From NCBI RefSeq assembly GCF_964355755.1, contig NC_092670.1, positions 39,234,388 to 39,298,387 on the forward strand: DNA of 64,000 nt, read 5' to 3'. Origin of the DNA: Antedon mediterranea (Eukaryota > Animalia > Echinodermata). Position numbers and translations under genes: made by a program. Positions 1-13,572 of this stretch are shown here, one piece after another. The notes beneath the pieces were generated by a model. It was not told the origin of the DNA and ran no database searches. It saw nothing but the letters and a program-made list of their open reading frames with translations. The number at the start of each line of letters is the position of its first letter. The stretch's first letter is position 1.

Positions 1-364
1 GTAGACCATGGTTTAATATCAAAGAACTACTTATATCACTTATAAAGAATTAGAAATTATATAGTACATTTAACAAAAAATAATAATAATACAAGTGTTA
101 TTTTGGACTGATAAAGATAATATAGGATAATATTAATAACTTACATAATAATATAGATTTAGCAGAACCACACCTTTACCTGGTACTGTGTCAATCCGGC
201 ACAGTAGGCCTACATATCATGATTCCAATTCATTATAAATAATTATAAATTATATAGAAATCATATAGTTCATTTAATAACAAATAATACAACTGTTATT
301 TTAGACTGATGGTAAAGATAATAAAGGATAATAATAATTAAATAATAATACATAATTTATAATT

Positions 365-1058
365 CCAGATTTGGATAGGTTTAAGCTCGCCGAATTGGGT
401 TGCGTTTGCTTATAAGCTTCGTACAGACTGAAGATTGACAAAAGTTCGGAGATGATGATAATAAACAGAAATAAATATCGAAAAATTTAAAATACTAATA
501 ATCGTTACTCAAGTTAACATGTTTGCTCCAGTAGCGGCATACAAACGTCACAATTACTAACGGTATAAATATTTTAACACACCACGCATAAAAAAGTTTT
601 TATGTTTATCCCCATTTAAACGAGTTTGTCTAATGCTATTTGTCAGTTCGTCTGTTATTCCCCCTTATAGTATCACTGACAATTGCAGCGCTGCTGCATT
701 AATGATATATTAATTTGTAATTTAAAAGACTAACATTGACAGCTATAATTAAATTCTATAGTCGGTCAGGAAAAAGTAACATAGAAACAGAAAAGTTCAT
801 TGTTATCTACGATTTCTTTCCAGTCGAGTTTAACCGCTTTACGTATTATAACGAATTGCCTCCTGCGATTTAGTAGGTCGGTAGCATTTATAAACGATAT
901 GTTTGTGAAGCAAAGTTCTTGGGTGTTCCCTATTTATTAGAAATGGAACGATCGCCAACGGTGAATTGCCAACTTTTGTCTGATACGAGGCTTATAAGCA
1001 AAACGCAACCCACTGTTTGTTGAGAATTCAACGAGCTTAAAAACTGTGCCGAGTCTGG
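365..1058. mobile_element. Non-autonomous DNA transposon (fold-back MITE) with long imperfect terminal inverted repeats
   Basis: Left arm CCAGA..TTTAAGCTCG..GGGTTGCGTTTGCTTATAAGC..TCGTACAGAC is the reverse complement of right arm GTCTGATACGAGGCTTATAAGCAAAACGCAACCC..CGAGCTTAAA..TCTGG; no ORF inside. Confidence 0.65.
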
Positions 1059-2272
1059 CATATTAATTAATCGTAGCTTTATGTGGTTTACAGTCAAAAG
1101 CAGTCGATTGTCTTTATACTAAGGCGGGTTGAGCTGCAAGTTTTACGACGGGTGTATCCTAGCTTTCCCGTATAACGCCGATTTCAACTTATTAAAAGGA
1201 TTTCATTCGTAGGAAGGTAAGTACCATATTCAATCACGGAGACTATATAATTTATCTAGCATCTTAAGTCTAGGTTTCCCGACGTTTACATCAACATTTT
1301 TGCTTGCCGAAACTCAGTCTCGCCGCCCTTAATTGCCACTATATTAATACCTATTTATTTACTTTTACGAAGAATAATATTTTCATACCATTATTCATTT
1401 TTGCGCCTTAAAAAACTAGGTTAATGCCGTGAACTGTCATGTTACATACTGCTAACAATAATAACTCATGGTTTGTAAAAAGAAATAAACATATTATTAT
1501 AATAAAGATATTATAGGTCCTCAAAAATACATAAAAATGATTTGTTAAAAACCATAGGCCTACAATACAGAATTTTGGAACAATATCCTTTTTTTAGATC
1601 ACAGTTTATTTTCTTATATTCGTTTATCCATAAATGTACCTATTTGATTTCAAGCTATGCTAATTTTTAATAAAATTAAAAAGCTAATACAGTAAGAGGC
1701 CCATCAATCAATTGTAACATTCAGAGACAAGTTCTACGTTTGGATTGTTAATTCTGATGTTTGTGGAATTTTTTATACTGAGAGGAAATGCAATGAATGC
1801 TGTAATTTATATTTTAGAAAGTTTTTTTTCTTATCTTAATAACCGATTCATTTTCTAACACGTGGTTGCAAAAATTAACCCGGTTACCATAGTAACAAAG
1901 TCAACCGTCATTCATATATCCTGTTAGATTACACAGGTAAACAGTCCAAATAATTTAAAACCAGATAAAGATGACGTCACAAGGAACCATGTCGCCGACT
2001 AGAGAACATCACACACCTGAATAGTTAGTTATTAGTAATCTGTATTGGACGTTTCATATATTATTTGTTAATGCTTAATTGAAATAACTGTGTTTGTTAC
2101 CCGATAAACTAGGTCTGTTCAGACAAAACCTAACTCTGAATGCATTTGATTTGATACAAATCATCAACATGCTTGTATTTTATCTTGGTCTTACGCCATC
2201 TTAACGCTACATTAATTCATCATTGGAGACACACAAAGTTGACACGCGAACGTGAAATGATTACCCGTATTA

Positions 2273-2431
2273 AGCTTGGTTCCCACTAGTGACGCAACGT
2301 AAGGACGTAACGCAACGTAAGTAATTTGACCAATCATAAGCCATGGATTATTTGAACAGTGGCTTGTTATTGGTCAACTCGCTTGCGTTGGGTGTACGTC
2401 CTTGCGTTGCGTCTCTAGTGGGAATCACGCT
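2273..2431. mobile_element. Harbinger/Tourist-like MITE, family B (AGCTTGGTTCCCACTAG ends)
   Basis: TIR AGCTTGGTTCCCACTAG..GACGCAACG / CGTTGCGTC.CTAGTGGGAA..; flanked by TAA/TTA; related copies at about 11514, 17553 and 18480. Confidence 0.75.
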
Positions 2432-3560
2432 TTACAGTACGCACGTACGCGTCAACATCACGGTGTCACTGCTGGCGAATTGCACAGTTATTGTAAAGAA
2501 CAAATCAGTGCCGGAAAAACTAACAGAAATATAAGTAGTACTTAATTTGATAGAATTGAAACTTAATAACAATACGCCATAACATACATCAGCTAACTTG
2601 AAACATGACGTCAACGAAATTAGAACACGCTTCAAACTACCGTAATTCAATTGAGGAGATAAAGTATATTAATAATAATTTATTCGGTTAAATTAATCGA
2701 AGTATTATAATATTGCCTAGATTGCACCACTAATTTCTTCTGTAGTACGTTCACAGTACATGATACTTAATCCTCTAAAAAGCAATATATCAGAGTCCGT
2801 TTGTGGTAAAAGTATAGAAACCAAGTTAAGATTCATTTATACTTGATACATCTATTTACATGTTTCATACATATTTCACACATGAAAATCTAATTGTAGA
2901 TCGAATGATCGAACATGAATAGATAAATAATGAAGACATAAACATCATAGTTTTCAATTATACGTTCCTCCAAATGATCATTTCGAGAAACTTATATTGA
3001 AATTATTTATTGAAAACTATGATTTTTATTACCATGTTATGGTAATAAAGACACGAGTTTAAATTGATACGCCCACGGGGCGAGGAACTTGATACTATTA
3101 TATAAAACAATTAATAAACAATTTTAATAGTTCAAGTTTGACATTTATCATTATCGGTAAAAGCATTCTGCCTGATAATCGTGAAACGTAGGCGGGCGAC
3201 CTGTTCCACAAGGAATTTCACAAAAACTAAAGTTAATGTCATTTTATATATACAATTATTTAAAAAAAAATAAAACAATTTTTTTTTTTATAATTGTTTT
3301 AGTAATTGAACTACGTTGGGAACCTTGTTGTACATAACCTTGTTGTAAATTTAACACTTAAGTTGATAGAGTTACATAGACGATTTACATACTATGCACA
3401 TATACGACTGTTTGATATTTTTTTTTTTGGCGTGTCTCCCACAAGCATTATGCTTTTTTTAAAACATGCATTCTTCAACTGTTTTTTTAAACCATCTTGT
3501 CTTTATTGAAGTAAATAAATGTCACCTTAAATTGAAATGTTTTTTGGGACTACAATTTGT

Positions 3561-3676
3561 AATGACGTTATACTTTAATAATGACGTTATTCTTTAATAA
3601 TGACGTTATACTTTAATAATGACGTTATTCTTTAATAATGACGTTATTCTTTAATAATGACGTTATTCTTTAATAA
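3561..3676. repeat. 19-bp minisatellite, about 6 copies (ATGACGTTATWCTTTAATA)
   Basis: ATGACG recurs at 3562, 3581, 3600, 3619, 3638 and 3657. Confidence 0.95.
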
Positions 3677-4280
3677 AACAAATATAATCCTGTTGCTGAA
3701 TTGTTGGTTAAACGCATTGTATTCAAGTTGAATGAATATTAGAAATCGTTTTGAAGTTTTTCCTAAAAATAAAATAATATTTGAAATATTTCCAGACTGC
3801 TAGTTGTCAATTTCTATGCCATTAATAAGATCATTTCTGCATTTTGGTTTGACTACGTTCAAACTAATTAAATACGTGTTAGATTATGTGACCGAAATAG
3901 CCATTATTGACACGAGGTAATTTGTATATGTTTCCGGCAAATAAATCCGGCGGCTTTCCACTTTTCCTATTATAACATCATTAGCAATTCTTCTTATTAC
4001 TTCATTACAAGAAGTAGTAAAGTTTTATTTGGTACGAAATACATGAAAACGGTGGTAGAATTTGGCCTAGTCGTGAAAGCTAAATTGTGATATTAGCAGC
4101 TGCAGCATGGTAACGCTCAGTTCTCAAAGTATGGAATAATCAGCCCAAAAGTAGGTCTAATATTACACTATTATTTTATATTTTAAAAATCACTTTAATA
4201 TTGATAACTCTGTGATAGCTAAAGTATCTTGTTTCTACATTGTTTATTTTATCTTGCAGGTATTTCGAAATATTATAACT

Positions 4281-4652
4281 ATGTCGTCACATCCAGCATT
4301 CTCAACCTTGATGTTTTTAGTTTCTGGCGTAACGATTGTTTCCACTATATGCGTACCAGTAGGGACAATACACACAATATCAGTTCCAGGATGCAGGCCA
4401 AAATCCGTCCCGTCGACAGGCTGCAGGGGCATGTGTTTATCATACACCCGAGTATCATCTACGAACTACTTAGAGTTAGAACGATCTTGCAAATGTTGCA
4501 AAGCGGATAAATTTATTGTTGCATCAGTGAAGTTGTCTTGTCCAAATCTAGATTCACCAAATTTAAGAGTACCGCTGAAAAAAGCCGAAAGTTGTTCGTG
4601 TCGACCATGTAATTCCATCACTGTTGAAGACGTTGCAACGCCAGACTTTTAA
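4281..4652 (+). CDS. burs: Bursicon alpha-like cystine-knot neurohormone precursor, paralog 1 (123 aa)
   Basis: ATG at 4281 follows the splice acceptor ttgcag|4260. Signal peptide MSSHPAFSTLMFLVSGVTIVST, then 11 Cys in bursicon-alpha spacing: PGCRPKSVPSTGCRGMCLSYTRVS..LERSCKCC..LSCP..CSCRPC (compare arthropod PGCVPKPIPSFACxGRCxSYxQVS..MERSCMCC..CMCRPC). AATAAA at about 4871. Confidence 0.85.
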   Translation: MSSHPAFSTLMFLVSGVTIVSTICVPVGTIHTISVPGCRPKSVPSTGCRGMCLSYTRVSSTNYLELERSCKCCKADKFIVASVKLSCPNLDSPNLRVPLKKAESCSCRPCNSITVEDVATPDF

Positions 4653-7600
4653 TGTATGCTCTAATCTGATGGCTGACGTCAACATACTGCATACTGCTGG
4701 ACTGTTATACATCTTGCATTGAGAGTTACATGCTATATGTCTTGAATAGACACATTCGCTCAAAATCCAGCTTAATTGTGATAAGCTGACATGCATTGCC
4801 GCTTCTTCACAGAATTCCAACGATGTGTATTTCAGTAACATGAATTTCTGATATATGAAGCTGATCAATAATAAAATGGTATTCTGAATATTAATGATTT
4901 ACAGATTAAATTTCATGTACACTGTTTAGCATTCAATCTGAAACGTGCATGGAAGAAAAACTTACTATAGATATTTGCAAAATAGGACAATCTTTACGGT
5001 TAAAAAAAACTAATTAATCAAGAACTTATCTTTCTTAATAATTAGTAATTTTACCGCATTATTGTCTAATGAGGAAATTTATTTGGACTAACACAGGACA
5101 GCAGCCATGGGAAGGGCGGAGTAACTCTACACATTATCGCTTACGGCACCAGTAAAAAACGTGACTTTTCCAAGAACAAGTAATTTACGCTGTATTCTGT
5201 AATTGTTTTATGTCTAGTATCCAAGTATGATTCTAAAAATGCGACAATTAGCTTTATCTATTTTTAACAGATGTGAAATTAATGATTCTATTTATAAATG
5301 CAAAAAGGAAATTTCAATTCATTGCTAATTTAATAAGATAATTTTAGATAAACGTTTTACAATTAGGTTTTTTTAAATTTTGATTTTAAATATTTTTACA
5401 GTATTAAATATATTTAATTTTTATTTATTGAAATAAACATAGCTGAATAGTCAATTACATGAGTAACTAAACTCACGCCTAAAATCTATAGTGGTTTATT
5501 GTCAAGAAAAGAACAATTCAAGAAACTAGTCAAAAAGATTTAAAAGGAAAACATGCAGACTTTAGCACCATAACAAACCATCCTGCTAAAAACAGAAAAA
5601 TATGGAAGAAAATCGTGGAAAGCGTAAAGTCTGAAAGACGAAAAATAGAGAGATAGAGAATGAGAGTCAAAGTATGATTTGAACCCACGGCAATGGTATT
5701 ATTATTAAAAGCAAGTTGACCCAGGCTGGTTGACACTGAGTTTTTCCTAACACAAACTACGTGCTGTTGTATACAAAATTGACATGTACTTTGAAAATTT
5801 GCCTTCATCAGATTCAATAAAACACTTTTGCCTACACATAAAATGAAACATTATATACAAATTTCACTCAAAGGCTTTTGTGGACAGTGTTTGCTGTTTT
5901 ACATGTTATCAACACAATTGATTAAAATGATTGTCTATAAATGGCTTATGCAGAAATCCGACAGTTCATGAACCTAATTTAAATTATTGTAAATGTATTG
6001 TACGTGAAGCACAGAATATTTTTTTCACGTTTTTAAATTAGTCTTTCTACCGTTTCCCTGATTTCCTTTAGCAATTCCTAATAAAGATTCTTCTGGAAAA
6101 AGTTCGTCTATTCATTTATCAGTGGAAAATTACTTCCATTTATTGTCATTTGCATATAAAATATACATAGGAATTGTTTGCTTTGAGATATACAAAAACA
6201 TAAACATTTAGTTTAAAGTTGTAAGCTATTGTTTTTTTGTTGTTTTTTTGTATAAACATGAAAGTAATGCAAGACTTTGGGATGGATAACGCCCTCTATA
6301 TCATACGTACGACTTTTATTTGAGAGAATATTCATATTAAACCTTCCTTGCAAGGTGGATTAAACAGCAAGTGCTTGTTGGATTAAAACAGCAAATGCTG
6401 ACAATTAATTATGTATATACAGTTATTTACTCTACTATGGAAGTGCACGGTCAGCGACAGCTTTTATGTTAAAAAATATACAATATTTTCATATAATTAG
6501 TGATTTTACTCTTATTAAAATAACTTTAAAGTAATTCGCTGTGAAATACCCATCAACCCATTCATCCGTTTATCTTCGTGTGTATTTTTGTTATTATTCG
6601 ATTTTATTGATTTTACGCCCGACAGTTCTATTGTTAGAAACAAATTACCAGGGTTCATCAGCAGTTCAGCAATAGAAGATTTTAACTAATCACGTGACCA
6701 TGTTTCTTCAGCTGGTGTTCTATCAGTACACGTCTGAACGCATCGAATAAGACGTACACACATTAAGATGTCAATTGAGTAGGCCTATTGTAGTTTGCAT
6801 TGTATTAAGTGAGAAATATTCATTTTAAGTAAGCCTTACATTGTGTAATGATAAAATAGATCGAAGGAAACGTTGACGTAACGAACTTACAGCGCACAAT
6901 GACCGTATACTACGTGCGTACACGTTAGGATACTCTACTAAAAACGACGTACGTTTGACTCGGTGACTTAACAAACACATTGACATAATTTCTTGAAAAA
7001 TAAACGTTAATAACATCATTTATCTAATCACCCCGTAGAGCTTTCGAACGCCTACGTCACAGCGAGTATCGTTACATTATAAGTATAATTTTCAATCTGT
7101 CGTCATAATGTTATTAGTTGTCAGAAGAAAATCGCAACACGGTGATTGGTCTAGTTTACAGCGCGATATGAATTTTATCCACCCCTGTAAAAAGATGGAA
7201 CGATCGAAAGAGACTGTGTATATCCCCGAGATCGTGGTCTAACGGTACGTTTTCTACGGACTCGTTTCTTGTTGCATCAAATGTAAAAGACATTGATTCT
7301 GAGAACTACGGTATACAAGTGCAAAGGAATAATCATCGACATATCAATGGATTTAGCCTGAACTTTCTCCACTTGCTAGATATTGTCTAGGATATCTTCA
7401 TATCAAAACGTAAGTATAAAGGTAGTTTGTCGCATGTTTTTGTTGGTAACGCGGCAAATAAAAACGGTCGTACAACGGAAGGTCAAAGAGCTTTATAAGA
7501 CCTACTTTTGTATACATCCGATTGCCTTTGCATTTCTTTATTTAGTTAGTAAATATGTAAATGCAACGCAAAATGTAATTTTTATTATTTTTGATAGCGT

Positions 7601-8583
7601 CTTTTGCATTTTATTTTACGAAATTATTTAATGTACCATATACAATGAGTACTACATCATAATAAATAGATTGACGCACGCTCGCGCGCATAACCGGCGA
7701 TGTCTGCGGGCGTTCACTCGCTTTTCCCCAGAGATAAAATTAACAATTCACCATTGTTGACGATGCAACAGTTTGTTTTATATTCGTTGGCAAAAGAGGA
7801 AATCTTTTAGTGCGCAACTTAAGAACGCGCGCGGAAATATTATAGTTGCATTTAATTTTTCTCTAAATGTACAATGACCTACAACATGAATTAAGTCGAT
7901 AAGCCATAAGAATCATGAACGTTAAGAAACCGTTTAATCTGCATCACAGTTTAAAAAGTCAAACTCATGAAATAAATCTTGGATTTGTCAGTTGATCAAA
8001 TTGTGAATGAACAAATCGTTAACCGCCCGAAGACTAGCAGTAAATTCAAAGATTAAAAAAACATAAATTGGGTTCTTTTATTAACATATAAAAATGGGTT
8101 AATGACACGACAAAATGCTGTCACACTTTAGACACACTTGCATTGCACTTTTAACTTTACATAAAAGTCGAAGAACATAATGATATGCAATCGATCAGCT
8201 TAAAGGAAGAATGTTTCATTTTTAGTTCAAAAACATTTGAATACGATACTGCTCAATGTGAATAGAAATAGCTCATTTGCACATAATAAGAATAATGTTC
8301 TACCAGTTTAATAGACCTATTCATATGTTTAATATCGAATGACATTTAATTAAGTTTTTCTTTCTGAATGACTTAAGTTGACCCTATGGCCTTGTAAAAT
8401 CATAATTCCAGACGTCATCAATATCACGTGTTCAAAATGTTAACGACAGTTTTACATTAATGTTCCGGCTTTTTATAAGACTTTTCAACGTTTTCAATAC
8501 GTCACTTTTGATTGCCCATACTAAACAAATAATAGTATATTTTATCGAGTACAGTATTATGTCACTACTTGATTACTAATTAA

Positions 8584-8854
8584 AGATGTATTGTCCCCCT
8601 GAAAAAAATAATTATTACAAACATTTTTGTTAAATCTGCCATTTTAATGTCACTTTATAGTTATGTACTTTGAACAAAAATTGGAATGGAAAAAATTGTT
8701 TACTGAGTTTTGGTTGAATTTACTTTGTCATTTACATAAGTGAATTTTTTTTTTCTATGGAAGTGATTAACTTTATTAAAACTGGGAGATGACCTATGCA
8801 AAGTCTGATTTATTTAATCTTGATTTTTTAATGTTTTTGAGGGACAATACATCT
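8584..8854. mobile_element. TTAA-flanked MITE, Kolobok-like (family C)
   Basis: TTAA|AGATGTATTGTCCC ... GGGACAATACATCT|TTTA; homologous copies at about 37430-37710 and 60437-60759. Confidence 0.75.
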
Positions 8855-10090
8855 TTTATAAATCCCATAGACCTACATTTGTATTGATTTTTGAAAGTAG
8901 GTACTTGTTGATTAAGGTAATGTTGTTCTGTACAGTCATCCAAGGTGTATCCAAATAAATGCGAGGGGCTGTATGAAGCGTTTCAACCTACTCTACTTCA
9001 ATCGATAAAAAACACAACCAAGGAGAAGAAATGTATACTTAAAGTGTAAAATAAATATTATAATAAGACTATTTTCAGCCTGAACCCGGTAAAGAAGTAA
9101 GAACATCTGAGCCCGGAGGAAATTGTCTGATTTTATTCTGGATACATTGGTGATTAATAAAATAACGATAAGGCATTAATAAAAACACAGTACATATCGA
9201 GAGTATGCTAATCATTACGAAACGGTTTTAGTGACGTATTGTTTTTTTTTTAGTATTATTACTTATACGGTAGGCCCTACAGCATGAAACATCGGATTAA
9301 AACAGCATAATATTAAGATAAAGTCGTTGTATCTATATATCCTAATCCGCCAAGATCTACTTTAACCAAAAACAATGAGGAGCTATTAAATTTTAATCAA
9401 AACTACAACTCACAGGATCTGAATCAGATCAATCAGATCAAATCTTATTGTCATGACCTTTAAGGGTCACCCATGGGAACTAAGATCATACGTGGTATGA
9501 AAATCAAAACAACGTTCACACCGCGCTTTCCTAAAATTAGAGTTTATGGCAAATTTTAGATGGCTGTAATTAGGTTCCCATGGCTAGGTAACCCTGATTT
9601 TCAACAGGTTCCAATTATCAATAAATATAAAACGTATTGGTTTGAAACCACAGTTTTCAAAAGATCGGAGGATTCATATGTACGTTTGAGAATATTTCAT
9701 TAAGATAAGAGCGAAGAATCTATCACTTATCCCTGGTTGTACTGTTCAAGAAACATCTAACATATTTCTTAAAGGGATGTCATAGTCTAAAATAAATTGA
9801 TAAATTTTGTGAAATTTAGTTAATCGTTCGATTCCAAAAGTCTGCTGGCACCACATATTATAGTACCAATCATTATCACATTTAACCCATTCCGGCTGAC
9901 TTATTTACCCTGGTAAGTTTGTTCTAACCATTAACGTTAGCGATAATTAGTCAATGAAGCCAAATTAACGGGTACATAACTAAGCCTGAACAGGCCAGTC
10001 GTAAAAATCATCAATTATGGGTAGGACAATTTTGTAATTATTTAACTTTGAATTTCTTCTCTTTTTTATATATAGGCGGACGAAATCGAA

Positions 10091-10465
10091 ATGGTTGATT
10101 CTCGTATCTTGTTCATATTGGTGATTCAAATCTTAAGTGTGTATTCCGGAAGATCAAATGTTGGATGTTCTAGGCAACAGATACGGCTTTCGATATCAAT
10201 GGCAGATTGTAGACCAAGGAATGTCTACCCCTTTGGTTGTAGAGGACAATGTGCATCTTACACGCGAGTTTCACCAGCAAACTTTTTAGAAATAGATCGA
10301 CAATGTAAATGCTGTCAAGTCGGTGAGCAAGTGGACCTTCAAGTTAGACTGGACTGTCCGAAATTAAAGCCTCCAGTTGGCATGGTGACGGTAAAATCAG
10401 CCAAAAACTGCTCTTGTAGACCGTGTAACTCTGTCGAAGTTCAATCTATTGAACCTTTTGCTTAA
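10091..10465 (+). CDS. burs: Bursicon alpha-like cystine-knot neurohormone precursor, paralog 2 (124 aa)
   Basis: Signal peptide MVDSRILFILVIQILSVYS and the same 11-Cys pattern (CRGQCASYTRVS..CKCC..CP..CSCRPC). Aligns without gaps to paralog 1. 5'UTR intron at about 9913 (tg|gtaagt) to 10075 (tatag|); AATAAA at about 10568. Confidence 0.85.
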   Translation: MVDSRILFILVIQILSVYSGRSNVGCSRQQIRLSISMADCRPRNVYPFGCRGQCASYTRVSPANFLEIDRQCKCCQVGEQVDLQVRLDCPKLKPPVGMVTVKSAKNCSCRPCNSVEVQSIEPFA

Positions 10466-11646
10466 ACTCACCTTATGCACGAGTCAAACACCCCGTAGAG
10501 TGCTAACCTAAGTCTATACATGCTGTTAATACAGTAATCATATACAGTTTTTACCTGCCAAATGTATAATAAAATATGCCACCACAATTCGTTAATGACA
10601 CCACGAAGTGATTCGACGAGCGGCGGGCATTTTAAATCCAATAAGATGTGTTAAACGTTTCCTTTTATGGCGCTAATGATGAATGGTAACGTTTATACAG
10701 CGTACTATATATAATTCCAATACATTCACATAAGTTTGCTAATTATTTATAAATATTATGTAACAATGTAAATATACTTATTTATTATAACTAAAATGCT
10801 TTAAAGGCATTAGATAAATAATACCTCTTTATTTGTGCTAAAATTCCATTATTTTTACAATATTTTTGCATTATAGTCGCTACTAGTAATGTATATCTAA
10901 ACAAATTAATTTTATTTTTTATTTAATTTTGATAATGTACATTTGGAGTAGATTTAAATCTACAATAGTGATTTTGTTATGTAGGCCTACTGCACGACAT
11001 TTTGCGCATATTCATATTAAAACATAATCTCCGTTAGCATAGCTTGTAAGTGCCAGTATATAAATGGGTACAACATTTGTAGTTTATTTCTTGTTAAAAT
11101 GATGAAATATCGATACAATAATAGTTATGATAATTATTGACTACGTACACTTTGCCATTATTTCCTGCAGGTCTTACTTCAATTGAATTAACAACTACTT
11201 AGCCTATATTCACTAAAAAAGAACATTTTTTATACAAAAATAAAAAAATGTTTGATTTGATTGAGAAACACTATAAATAAAACATAGGCCTACTATGTTA
11301 ATGGTATTAGTGTGCTTATGTAAATTGTATAACCTTGAAACATAATTATTTTTTAGTATTAAAAAATTAGGCTTAACGATTTGTATTTTTGTGGAACTAA
11401 CTATTGCTTTGTTTTAAACACAAAAAATGTATGTATATAAACTAATTTATACACAAAAAACCGAAGTACTTTGCATTGCGCATCACCATAAAATACGCGA
11501 GTACGTCGTCCACAGCTTGGGGTTCCCAATAGGAGTACGCAACCCAAGGACGTATACGTAAGTAAGTTTTGACAAATCATAAAGTGATGGATCATCCGAA
11601 CTGTCACTTGGGATTTCGCTTCCGCTTATGTTCTTGAGTTGCCTAA

Positions 11647-11824
11647 AGCTATGTTTACATTATCATATTACATTATAAATAGTTTGACAAAAAAAAGTGT
11701 GATTTACGTACTCAAATATGGTAGTGATATGCTCAAATATGGTAGTGAAATGACACCATCGTGTCCATATATGGGCACATCACATTTTTTATAGTCGACA
11801 CTAGTTTGATGGTGTAGACAGAGC
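11647..11824. mobile_element. Harbinger-like MITE, family A (AGCTCTGTCTACACTATCAAACT ends)
   Basis: Degenerate TIRs plus the internal AAATATGGTAGTGATATG repeats shared with about 10 other copies in the window. Confidence 0.75.
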
Positions 11825-12585
11825 GAGGCTTCTTGCTTGCAAATCTGTAGGCCTATAAAATGTATGCGTGCTGCGTTAGTGTAAATATTATGAATATAGG
11901 CTAAACGGTAAACAATATCTAATTCGATTGAATTGTTCAATTTCTAACAAGGTTGTGTGTTCACACTTCCTATTGGTCATCGAACTGCAGGTAAGGTAAC
12001 ACTATGCAGCGGGAAAGACTTAAGTAAATTTAATTACCAGTCTTAAGGCAGATTAACAAAATGACTCACTAATAATACTAGACAGCAATTAAGTCCAGGG
12101 TCTTAAAATACTGTATTTAGTTTTTTAATTTTTCAACCTGTCAGAACAACGAGTATTCGCCTTAAATAGCGCTATCAAAAGTAAAGTGCAGCTGACGGAG
12201 GTTTAAAGATGTTTTTGCTCTATTAAAAGGCAAAACTTTCTCAGAATCGGAAGTCATTAAAGGGTAGTTACATTGATATAAAAAAAGTACCGGCGGAAAA
12301 ATGTGTATAAAAGGTTAGAAGTTCAACTAATTTCAGATTATTTCTCGCTAGCTCTTACGTCATGATTTTCCGAGGGTCATCTAGAGTTGTATAGCCTACA
12401 CGTACAATTTAAGTTCCTTAGACCTTGTGCGCAGTAAAGATATGTTCACAAACATTTTGCGCGGAATGTTCCACAGGGAAGACAGAGCAATCAAACGTCC
12501 CATGTATGTACTCATAGCACCGCTTGTTGTCGCAAATGTGCCGTTTCTAACGGTCATTACACAAACGCGTACAACTTAAAACTAT

Positions 12586-13572
12586 GGGTATGTTCAGACC
12601 TACGGAGTTATGCTTTCGTATCACAGCCAAGGTCATATTTTAATGAGCGTCGTAAGAGCAAAGTGTTCAGATTCATTGCAACGAAGTTGCGTTACAAACG
12701 GATATGATGTCACTCGCTGGCGATTAACCAAACTCTAACGCACGCATAGACCTACCTTCGTTGTTATTAAAAGTAGTAGTGGTTGGTTTAGGAGTTACAG
12801 CATGGAGTATTACAGGCCTAGACCGAACACTTGGGCTCGGCATTATTGATAGGTTGTTAGGCATACCAACCAGCCGATCGTTTTGGGGTTTGGGTTTATA
12901 TTTGGTCTATGATTTAAAATATCATTTATGGCAGAAAAATGTTCAAATCCTGTACTTGCACCGGCTCCAGATTTATTTACTCTGTCTTTCGCTGCTTCAA
13001 TTTCGTTTGGATATTAAATCCTTCTTTATGAGGATGGCCCATCTGCTAACGTGTCCGCCATCTCGTTGAACACAGACATCTTGTTGCCGGTGCTTTTACG
13101 CCAGTTTTTCACTTCCAACCGATCTCTAAACTCAGGGCTTCCCCACAATGAAATAAGGTATTTTACTTCGGTTTCTCGCCAATGCACACGCTTCGATGAC
13201 ATTTTAAATTAATTAATATAATAATATAATAATACTGTATAGTGTAACAACAAAAGGTATGATTTTTTCGCACGTTCACCGATCACAACAAATGGATCAG
13301 CTTGGCTATACGATGAGAGGAGCACATGTCAAGATGTGATGTGGTGAATATTGTAATTTGATTGGCTAGATATCTAACCTAGGTCATATTCATTGATGCG
13401 TGACTTTCGTATTGTAAGCGACGTCCACTAAACTCATACCTTGAGCTTTCGTAGCGTACGAAATATCAGTGTCGTACGAGGTGGCTTCCACTAATCTTTT
13501 CCTGGTTCAGACCTATGGACTTGTACGCCGCGTACAATACGAAAGCATAACTCCGTAGGTCTGAACAGGCCC
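12586..13572 (-). mobile_element. PIF/Harbinger deletion derivative carrying a decayed Myb/SANT-like (trihelix) ORF
   Basis: About 35-bp TIR GGGTATGTTCAGACCTACGGAGTTATGCTTTCGTAT / ATACGAAAGCATAACTCCGTAGGTCTGAACAGGCCC with 3-bp TSD TAT. Minus-strand ATG at 13202 gives MSSKRVHWRETEVKYLISLWGSPEFRDRL..NKMSVFNEMADTL, then frameshifted ..NKSGAGASTGFEHFSAINDILNHRP. Confidence 0.8.

Noticed and set aside
30-350. Imperfect direct repeat with a period of about 200 bp
   Set aside because: It is an AT-rich local duplication at the window edge with no further structure.
4212-4280. N-terminal extension of bursicon-like paralog 1 in the ORF track
   Set aside because: It starts at a non-ATG codon inside an intron; the acceptor is at 4259 and the ATG at 4281 gives a proper signal peptide.
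11704-11940. ORF sharing KKCDVPIYGHD with the N-terminus of ORF 34007-34354
   Set aside because: The shared peptide is translated MITE family A sequence, not a protein family.
12761-13069. 102-aa hydrophobic plus-strand ORF
   Set aside because: It is antisense to the decayed Myb/SANT ORF of the Harbinger element.
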